Origin: an uncultured Methanomassiliicoccales archaeon
GTDB lineage: Archaea > Thermoplasmatota > Thermoplasmata > RBG-16-68-12 > EA-27
Direction: 5' to 3'
Length of the DNA: 64,000 nucleotides
Assembly: GCA_964396265.1 (NCBI GenBank)
Contig: CAYNEM010000008.1
Coordinates: 72,500 to 136,499, forward strand
The stretch's first letter is position 1; the number at the start of each line of letters is the position of its first letter. The notes below the pieces were generated by a model that saw only the letters and a list, made by a program, of their open reading frames with translations, was not told the DNA's origin and searched no databases. The position numbers and the translations under genes were made by a program. Shown here in pieces: positions 10,601 through 19,100 of this stretch.

Positions 10601-13095
10601 CCGTCCCCGAGCGGGGCCACGGACGGGATCTGGACCTCGGCGAGGAACGACGCGCTGCCCGAAGGACCGAGGACACCGAGGTCCGGGGTCGCGTCCGGGT
10701 CCGCTGCGGAATCCGACAGGGGCGTGCCGTTCGTCCATGTGTACGTGACCGGCCAGTTCGGCATCGCCGACGTGCCGTCCACGTTGATCACTTCCGGGAC
10801 GGACTGTCGGTTCGTCGCGGTGAGGAGAAACGCGATCGTGGTGCCGATGTCCGTGAGGATGCTCGAATCCTGTGCGAGTCCGACGAGGGCGAGGGACGGG
10901 ACTGCGTCGAAGGACCATCCGTTCGCGACGGCGCTGGGATCGTCGTGGGCACGTGAACCGCCGACGCCGGCGTTGCGGGTCGCGCTCAGCCCTGCCGTAT
11001 GCGCGGAATCCCAGCCAAACATGTCGAGGAGCCGACCGCTCGCATCGTAGAGGTACAGGTTGTCCGTCGCAGCGTCCAAGGCCGCCCACCACCCGGGGCC
11101 CGCGGATTCGAAGAAGAAGGCGTACGGGTTCGCCCCGTCGATCAGTCCGCCCGAGAAGGTGTACACGGAGTCCGCGACGAGGCGGTACCCGGTGAGGTCG
11201 GCGCTCGTCCGGGCGAAGATCTCCGCGAAGAGGTCCCCGGGCGCAGCCGGGTTGAAGAGGACCTCGTTGAGCACCACGGGCGGTGCGAGGTTTGGCGGCG
11301 GCACAAGGTTCCGCGCGCCGAAGGTCGACGCCACGGAGCGCGTCCAGGAGGTCACGTAGTCGAGCGTCCCCGCGAATCGTGCGGTCGACTCCGCCCCGAG
11401 CGGATCGGGCGCGATCCCGTACGGCCCGGATCCCGCCTTCGCGAGGACGTCGGCCCCCCGTTCGATTCGGACGAGCGCGCCCTCCGTCCCGAGGTCCAGC
11501 GCCGCCACAAGGTCCGCGCCCGTCGCCCCGACTACGACGTGGCTCCGCGCGGGCCAGGTCCCGAGGGGGGTGAGGTCCACGACGGATGCCCCTGCATACA
11601 TGGTCGCTCCGCTGAAGTCGAACGCCGTCCGGCCGAAGTTGTAGATCTCAACGCGTGCCTCGGGCGTGGGTGTGTCTTGGACTTCCGTGATCACGAGCGG
11701 AGACACCTGGACCGAGGTTGCGTACGTGTCGTACGTCCCGCCGCGCGCGTCGTCCCAGACCGCGAAAACCCCGAATCCGCCCGTCCTCAGCGTCGGGCTA
11801 ACCTGGATGGTCGCGTCGTCGGCCGGGTTCGCATTCCGGTCCGTGTCGTCGAGGCGCAGGTCGTTCCCGTTGACGACGCCGTCCCCCCAGGTGATTCCGT
11901 CCGCAGACCACGCGGCGTAGGTGTCGTAGTCCCCCGCACGGTTGTCGTCCCACGCGACCCAGATCGTCCCGGCGAGGGCGGACACGGAGGCCTGTCGCAT
12001 CGAGACGGGGGTGATGAGCGCATCATCGACGGCGACGGGCGGGGACCAGCTGGTCCCGTCGTGGCCCCATGCGTACATGGCGTGGGCGATCGTGGGCGTC
12101 TGCGACTCGATCCAAGCGACGTGCGCGACCAGCATATCGTCCACGAACACGTCCGGCGCGAACAGGTTCGCAGTCGGGTTCGCGGCCATGGAGACGACGG
12201 CGGTGGTCCAGCTCGCCCCCGCATCGTCGGATCGTGCGACGCTGATCGCCGGTCCGTTCCCGAGGACCTGCCGCCAGGCCACGGCGATCGTGTCGCCCTT
12301 CGCGTCGATCCGCGGTTGGAGGTTCGTCGCGCTCAGGGACGAGACCTGGACCTCGGCGCCCCAGGTGGCCCCCCCGTCGGGCGACCCCCGGAAGTAGACG
12401 TGAAAGGCCAGCGGGTCACGGTTGTCTGCCCAAACCGCGTAGAGGCGGCCCGACGTCGCTGCGATCGTCGGCGTGATCGACGCGTTGTTCGCCGGCGCGC
12501 TGTCGATGCGCCGAGGCGCGCTCCACGACACGCCGTTGTCCGACGAGACGAACCAGACGTCCGCGTTCGGTCCTGCCTCCGTCTGGTAGGCGACGTACGC
12601 ACGCCCCTGGACCGGGACGGCCTCGCGCTCCACGACGATGCGGGGGAACGACACGTTCCCGAGGGCCCCGTCCACGCGCACCGTGGGGCTCCAGGAGACG
12701 CCGTCCGCGGAGCGGGAGTAGTAGGCACCCCGGGGCGACGTCTTGTTCTCGGAGCGCACCACATGGAGGACGCCGTTCGCGTCGACCGCCAGCGACGGGT
12801 TCCGAGCGTCCGTCGGGCCGGGCTCGATGGGGACGTTCACATCCGCGGTCGGCAGCGCATTGACGGACAACGGCTGGGGGAGGATCGTGAGAATCAGGAG
12901 TGAGAGCGCGACGAGCGCGAATGTGCGCAAGGGTCTTGCGGGGACCCTGTCCGGCGCTCGGCGCCCTGCCTGGGCATGGGCTCCCGACCCTCCCTTTTCC
13001 ACCGCGCGGGCATTCGTCACGGGGACTAAAAGGAATCCCCCGAATGGTCTTCGCGTGCGCAGTCGGACGCTCGCGTTCTCTCCTCTCTCTATCAT
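7690..13095 (-). CDS. Giant surface protein (~1800 aa): signal peptide, BNR/Asp-box sialidase-like beta-propeller, vWA domain with MIDAS, Ig-like domain, C-terminal TM anchor with cytoplasmic tail
   Basis: Many Asp-box motifs SxDxGxTW (SADGVSWSP, SSDNGVSWSA, SPDGGATWGA, SDDAGASWTT, GHDGTSWSP, SADGITWGD). vWA/MIDAS: VIFQIDVSGSMNSN...IVGFSD...LLTDGQ...IYTIGLG. Ig-like: ATTPVHGAVDVALDATIRIEFSEDM. C-terminal TM segments are LLALVYATGLFVAGVTLA and AAIGVLSLTTGVF, plus a cytoplasmic tail. The ORF is open to 13341, but a signal peptide (RTFALVALSLLILTILPQPLSVNA) points to a start at ATG 13095 or TTG 12930. Confidence 0.8.
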   Translation of the reverse strand: MIERGENASVRLRTRRPFGGFLLVPVTNARAVEKGGSGAHAQAGRRAPDRVPARPLRTFALVALSLLILTILPQPLSVNALPTADVNVPIEPGPTDARNPSLAVDANGVLHVVRSENKTSPRGAYYSRSADGVSWSPTVRVDGALGNVSFPRIVVEREAVPVQGRAYVAYQTEAGPNADVWFVSSDNGVSWSAPRRIDSAPANNASITPTIAATSGRLYAVWADNRDPLAFHVYFRGSPDGGATWGAEVQVSSLSATNLQPRIDAKGDTIAVAWRQVLGNGPAISVARSDDAGASWTTAVVSMAANPTANLFAPDVFVDDMLVAHVAWIESQTPTIAHAMYAWGHDGTSWSPPVAVDDALITPVSMRQASVSALAGTIWVAWDDNRAGDYDTYAAWSADGITWGDGVVNGNDLRLDDTDRNANPADDATIQVSPTLRTGGFGVFAVWDDARGGTYDTYATSVQVSPLVITEVQDTPTPEARVEIYNFGRTAFDFSGATMYAGASVVDLTPLGTWPARSHVVVGATGADLVAALDLGTEGALVRIERGADVLAKAGSGPYGIAPDPLGAESTARFAGTLDYVTSWTRSVASTFGARNLVPPPNLAPPVVLNEVLFNPAAPGDLFAEIFARTSADLTGYRLVADSVYTFSGGLIDGANPYAFFFESAGPGWWAALDAATDNLYLYDASGRLLDMFGWDSAHTAGLSATRNAGVGGSRAHDDPSAVANGWSFDAVPSLALVGLAQDSSILTDIGTTIAFLLTATNRQSVPEVINVDGTSAMPNWPVTYTWTNGTPLSDSAADPDATPDLGVLGPSGSASFLAEVQIPSVAPLGDGNTIIVSASAASKAVARASVRLRIGLSPHFDIYRTVIPGTVYLEGSGSPYNEVANVTILIEGAGLPVEIQVPQDVIFQIDVSGSMNSNDPSNVRVQAVNSYIGGMRVDDRASIVGFSDVAWVVNGRPLTYTTLPGKIDLMNDANTTACSPGCFGGTNIDDALQVGNTWLITYSDRTRTRVEILLTDGQCTVPAGLPCPNTNAIVNQAVTEGIVIYTIGLGSSIDQTFLENIAIPTGGRFYQASTPQDLLQIYADIGTRINRTAGVDPDPTDVTPMVADAILPYLNVVPGSFVDPMSGMPRPPEFMVRLADRTVLQWNVSSIDINETWAVQYGVTSTRLGVQAIGLSPDARATYVRWDNSTIYQEIPQGILEVLAATTPPFITATTPVHGAVDVALDATIRIEFSEDMDSSSVAWTVAPSVATNPVWVDTRTLDLVHQAFSECMLYTVTVTSGTDLDGTSLGPGPVPNPWLFWTVCPTYVSYTITRSPDWGVVQVDGTDYTVPATFVWQPGELHRIASIDFDSFGGSRLAFLGWDDGGAIDHTVTVGSVDATITANYALQHPATLTLIGLSAAWPAGIGFTLFGSDRSDRLYDSFASWVDDASALDVDGLVPGVVGERFLTADPTLWTVDAPLSATVHYLHQFTTNVRVAGLDGLPVSLDFTAFAAAGLANVSDAWTAWVDAGSAVRVDDAIFPGERERYRTLGTTEWRIDAPLDTIVSYRHQYRPRVTILGTDERHSVTASWSEEGIVIMQMAVIGGVFPWADAARSLEVSNRTTGDPPRFTQNATRFTVNSAFDVVIVYMSQAAPPAPLSANWKPLLALVYATGLFVAGVTLASRPLDRHVPMPKDGDRKARALRWAGLPLMQKLEELSIPEIDEKVTLDRRFTRMLLAVPFAVGEAAIGVLSLTTGVFRIPEAGNWLPLGFWANTAVLTVGLVVALAIWRKGYRMSEADLLALVEAREGKPGPTQPIA

Positions 13096-13118
13096 CTGAG
13101 ATAACCGAGAAAGGCCCC

Positions 13119-13125
13119 TTAAATA
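13119..13125. promoter_or_regulatory. TATA-like box (TTAAATA) in the 73-bp divergent intergenic region between two giant genes
   Basis: The A/T-rich element ccTTAAATAgcg is the only such element between minus-strand start 13095 and plus-strand start 13169. It lies ~44 nt upstream of GTG 13169. Confidence 0.4.
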
Positions 13126-13168
13126 GCGAGCCGACCCGTGAAAAGGTAGCCAGTCTCCCGGGGAGAGT

Positions 13169-16100
13169 GTGTCCTCGCAGCATCGGCCCCAACGAGCCAT
13201 AGGCCACCGAGTGCCGGCCCTCGCGGTCGCGCTCTTCAGCGTGTTCGCTTCCCTCCTCGCGGTGATCCCGCGGGTCACCTCGGATCCGTGGGTGACCGCC
13301 AACGGGGACGGCACCTCGGACGCCGTGTGGAACTTCAGCAATCCAGGGGACTACGTCCTTACGAACACGCAGATCAGCGGGGGCGCCGGGCTGCTGGCGT
13401 CCGCAGGTCCGGGCGTCCAGTACTGGAACAGCACGACTGCGGGGGACTTCGCCGGCCCGGACTCCGCGACGAACGTGGACTTCACAAGTTCTCCGGGGGA
13501 CGTGATGCTCGCGACCACCTCCGGCGCTTCGACGCTCCTCGTGCTGCAGCCGGCCGCCACGGGCGAGGATTCCTGGCTGGAGGAGTTCAACCCCACCACG
13601 ACCCACGGAGCCGAAGCGTTCATGTCCGCCGATGGGACGGGCTCGCGGCGCCGGCCGGTGCTCCGGTTTGACCTTTCCTCACTCCCGGTGGGTGCCGTGA
13701 TCGACGGCGCCGTTCTCTACCTGTACCAGTACACCGACGCTGACGGCACCTCGGTTGTCATATCCGTGCACGAAGTGATCGCAAGTTGGACCGAGGCCGA
13801 TGTCACGTGGGACGACCGGAACGCGGTGAGTGCGTGGGCGTCCCCCGGCGGCGACTACGATCCTCACGTCATCGCGCAGGCAACGATCGACGCCGCGAAC
13901 AACGTGTGGCGGTCCTGGAACATCACCCAGCTCGCAGACCTGTGGTACCGCGGCGTGCGCCCGAACAATGGTCTTATCTTGGTCACACCGTCCGCAGCCG
14001 TCCAGCTGAACAAGGACTTCCGATCGTCCGACTACGGGGTGGCGGCCGAACGACCCCGACTGGAGATCCGATACCGTATCTTGGGCGCAACCGGAGAATA
14101 CGTATCGCAGGTTCTCGGGCCGGGCACGCCGACCGCTTGGCAGACGATTTCGTGGAACCCATCGGTCCGCAGCCTCGTCGCGGACGAGTTCAACGGTGCG
14201 TCGCTCGACCCGAAGTGGACCTGGCTCAACGCGCCCGCGTCGTTTGACGTGGGAACGACGCTGCCGGGAAACCTACACGTCGTCTCCACCGCCAATTCGC
14301 AGATCGACGGCGCCACGTTCACAGGAAACGCGTTGTGGAACGATGTTGTCGGCGACTTCAGCGCGGAGATGAAGTTCAGCAGTTCGCCGACGGCGAGCAG
14401 CAATCGCGTGGGCCTCATGGCCTTGCTCTCGCAGCGGGACTGGTTCTCCGTCGGGAAACATTATTCTGGCGGGGTCGCGAACTGGATGACCCGCGAGACG
14501 GTCGACGCGGTCACGACAACCATCTTCAACGGGGCGAGCGGCAACCCAATCCCCGCATGGGTCCGCCTCGTGCGGACGGGGAACACGTTCGACGCGTGGA
14601 CGAGTTCGGACGGAACCGCCTGGACCTTGCGGGACACATACGCGCCCTCGGACCAGTACCCGCTGGCGATCCGGCTCGCATTCTACATCGCACACGGGGC
14701 GGCGGGCTCGGGCTTCTCGGCCGACGTGGACTACATCCGAGTCACGCACGGCGCCGGCGCGACGGTCTCCGTGTCGACGCGGACCGGCGACACGAACCCG
14801 GTCGACGGGACGTGGTCCGGCTGGTCCGCCTCCTACCCGTTGTCCTCTGGGTCGGCGATGGCGGGGACCTCGAACTTCGTCGAGTACCGCCTCTCCTTCG
14901 CCGTCTCCACCGCCTCCCCCGACCACCGTCCCGTCGTCGGGGATGTGAACATGACTTCAGGGACCGCGTCCTACGTGGCCGCGGGGACGATCGAGACGAA
15001 CGATCTCGTTCCCGCAGACCTCCAGCAGTGGGGAACCCTCACCGTCGCCGACGCCCCGAACGGGCAGACCGTGAGCTACGAATACTCCCTCAACTCCGGC
15101 GGGAGCTGGACGCCCGTCGTACCCCCCGCGGACCTTTCGGGCGTGAGCGTCGCATCCGGACGGATCCGCTTCCGCGTCTCGCTCTCCACCTCGGACAGCC
15201 AGTTTACCCCCACGGTGAGCGAGATTCGCCTCACGTACACGCACCGCCTCGACCACTTCTACGTGACCGCCTGGGCGGCTGCGGCCGCGGGCGCGCCCTT
15301 CTCGGTCACGGTCACCGCCAAGGATGCCGCGAACGCGACGATCCTGAGCTGGACGGGCACCGTGACGTTGGCGGCGCGCCTCCTCGACGGCATCACGCCC
15401 GGCAACGGCATCCTCGGCACCACGAGCCTCGTGATCTCCGCGGGCGGCACCGCCACCCTCGCGACGGAGAACTACACGCGCACTGAGACGATCCGGATTC
15501 ACGCTTCCTTCGGAGCCCAGGAAGGATTGAGCGGTCCGGTCCTCATCTCCCCAGGCCCGATCGTCCGCGTCGTCGTCGCGCCGCCCTCCGTCACGCTCTT
15601 GCCCTTCGCGAGCCAGTCCTTCACCGCCACCGCGTTCGACGCTTGGGACAACCCCGTGCCGGGAGCCGTGTTCGCATGGATCGTCACGAACGGCGTCGGG
15701 ACACTGAACACCTCCTCCGGTCCGACCGTGACCCTGACCGCCCAACCGCCCGACGGTGCGAATGGGACCCTGGAGGCGACCGCCTCCGGCGTCACCGGGG
15801 TTGCGCTCATCACGGTGGGGATCCCGAGCCTCGACCACTTCTACGTCACCGCGTCTGCGTCCGCGGCGGCGGGAGCACCGTTCTCGGTCACCGTCACCGC
15901 CAAAGATGCGACGAACAACACGATCATGAGCTGGAACGGCACCGTCACCCTGGCGGCCCGTCTGCTCGACGGCATCACGCCGGGGAACGGGATCCTCGGC
16001 ACGACGAGCCTCGCGATCTCCGCCGGCGGCACCGCGACGCTTGCGACGGAGAACTACACGCGCGCGGAGACGATCCGGATACACGCTTCCTTCGGAGCCC

Positions 16101-19100
16101 CGGAGGGGTTGAGCGGCCCCGTGGTGATCACCCCCGGCCCCATCGCTCGGGTGGCGGTCGCGCCGCCCGTCGTCACCGTCCTCCCCTTCACGAACCAGTC
16201 CTTCACCGCTTCCGCGTTCGACGCCTGGGACAACCCCGTGCCCGGCGCTGCGTTCACGTGGGTCGTGACGAACGGCGTGGGCACTCTGAACACGTCCGCG
16301 GGTACGACCGTCACGATGACCGCCCAGCCGCCGGTCGGGGCAATCGGGACCGTGGAGGCGACCGCCTCCGGCATCACCGGAGTCGCCGCGGTCACCGTCG
16401 GGACGCCGACGCCTCCCTGGGTCGTGATTACCGCCCCTAACGCCGGCGCCAGCATCACGGGGACCGCTTCCATTGCTTACTCGTACAGCCCCGACACGGT
16501 CCTCGCCACGTTCGACTACGACGCCGGCGCGGGCTGGGTCCTCATCGGGAACACGTCGTCGCCGACGGGCACGTTCCCCTGGGATACGACGGGCGTCGAC
16601 GCCGTGGGCGTCGTGCTCCGCGCCTGGGTCGAGAACGCGGCCCTCATGACGAATCAGACGACCGTGACCCCGATCGAGATCGACAACACGGCGCCGACGA
16701 TCGCCATCGGCACCATCACGGACGACCAGGCGACGGCCGGGACCGTGACGATCGCCTACACCACTGCCGCGGACGTCGCCCGCGTGGACTTCACCTACTT
16801 CGACGGAGCTTGGCAGACGGTCGGGACGGACCTGACCATTGACGGCACCTATGTCTGGTCGCCCGGAGTCGCGATCAACGGCGTCACGCTCCGCGCAGTC
16901 GCCACGGACGAGGTCGGCCTCTCCGGCGCGGATGCCAAGCAGGGGGTCGGGACGCGAATCGTCGGCACAAACCCGCCCGCGATCGCCGCCATTCCCACCC
17001 TGTACGTCCGAGTTACCGCCGCGTACGATCTCAACCTCACGTTCTATCTCTCCGACCCCGATACGCCCCTGTCCGGACTGGCGGTGACGACGTCCGACCC
17101 GGCGAATGTGACCGCGTTCGCAGGGGCGTATCCCTCCCTGCGCGTCACCTATGCCGCGGCAGGCACCTACAACGTCACGCTCTGGGTCTCCGACGGCACC
17201 GACACCGCGTGGCGCATCGTGCGGGTGATCGCGTCCGGCACCAACCCGCCTGTGCTTCTCGCTCCGCTCGGGACGGTAACGTTCGACGAAGACACAGTGC
17301 TCTCGGACGCGCTCGGGGTGCTGACCACGCGGTTCTTCGATGCCGACGGGGACAACCTCACGTTCACGGTACTCGGCGCCGCTGTGATCAGTTGGCGGCT
17401 GAACCCGAACGAGACTCTGGACCTCTGGGCCTCGGCGGACTGGTTCGGTTCCGAGATCGTCCGCGTGCGGGCGTCCGACCCCTCGGGGGGATTCGCGGAG
17501 GCTCCGCTCGTCGTCGTCGTGCGCCCCGTCAACGACGCTCCGGTCCTGGCGGTGATCGCTCCCCTCCGTTGGACACGAGGCGAGTCCCGCACCCTCGACC
17601 TCACCCCCTACGTGTCCGACGTGGACACGCCGCTCGCCCAGCTGATCGTGACGACCGACAGCACCCACGTCCGCGTGAACGGCCTCGTGCTGACGATGGC
17701 GTTCCCGTCGAACTGGACCGAGGCCCAGTTCACGGTCTCCGTGTCCGACGGCCCTGCGCAGGCGTCGCAGCTCGTCCGGGTGACGCTCCTGCCCGGGTGG
17801 TGGAATCCCATGTATCTCCTTCTGCTTCCGGTTTCGGCATTTGGTTTGGTGATTGGTGTGATGGCTCGACGTGCGCGTTGGAGGCCCGCAAAGGCCTTCC
17901 TTGTGGATGACAGGAACGAACTGATTCGAGAGTTCACGATGGACACTGCGTGCGAGGTCACGTGGGAACAGGTCAGCGCGGCCGGGGCGCTGCAGGCCGT
18001 CGACGAACCCGTCAAGATCTCCAAGTACCGTGCGCAGACGGTCCGGGGCGATGCCCTCGGCCTGGTGCTCCTCGCGTACGGACCCGTGAACCACGAGCAG
18101 ATCGAGTTCGCGCGAGAGATGCTCGTGAACATCCAGGGCAAGTTCGAGGATCGCCTGAACACCCGACTCGAGCAGAACCGCGAGTTCGAGTCCCAGGTCC
18201 GCACGCTTCACGAGGAGCTGCAGAGCAAGCGCGAGGCCTTCGAAACGCGCTCCCGCGCCTTCGCAGGGATGTTCGACGCGTGGACGACCGCCCAGACAAA
18301 GATGGCGGCGGAGTCAGTGTCCATCCGGGCGACCCTGGCTGACGTGGAATCCCGGGAGGAAAGCCTCATCGAGGGCGGACACAACCTCGACCGGGAGCGC
18401 GCGACCCTTCGGAAGGAGCGCGAAGAGTTCACGGCCCTCGCGGATCGCCTCAAGCAGGAGATGGACCGCCGCACCGTGGAGCTCGAGAATCGGGAGGACG
18501 TCCTCGGGACCATGGACAGCAAGGTGAAGGAGGAGCGGAAGTCGTTCGACACGCTGCGGCAGGAGAAGATGCAGCGTCTCGCGTCGATGGACGTGGAGAT
18601 CGAGGCGAAGGCGAAGAGCTTCGAGGAGCGGGAGGCCGCGGTGAAGTCCCAGGCTGAGGAGAACGCCCGTCTTCTCTCGGATTTGGCGGCGCGCGAGGAG
18701 ACCCTGGAGATCGAGGGCGACCGCGTCGAGCGGCTCCGCCAAGAGGTCGACCAGCGCAAGGCCCAGACCGACGTCACCGCGCGCGGCATCGACGCGCGCG
18801 TTTCGGCGGTGCGGGACCAGGAGGCCCGCAAGTCCGAGGAGTATCGGAACCTGGAGGCGACGCTCGAGTCCCGGGAGTCGGTCCTCCGCGAGCAGGAGAA
18901 GGCGTTCCAATCGCAGATGATGAACCTCCACGAGACGGCGAGCGCGAAACAGCAGATGCTCGACGGCCGCGAGGGGAAGGTCGGAGAGCTCGAGTCGAAG
19001 ATCCGCGCGGAGGCGGACCGGATCAAGAAGACCGTCGACGATTTCGGCAAGCGGGAGCAGGCGGCGCAGGACGCCCTGCGCGATGCCCGTGCCCTTAAGG

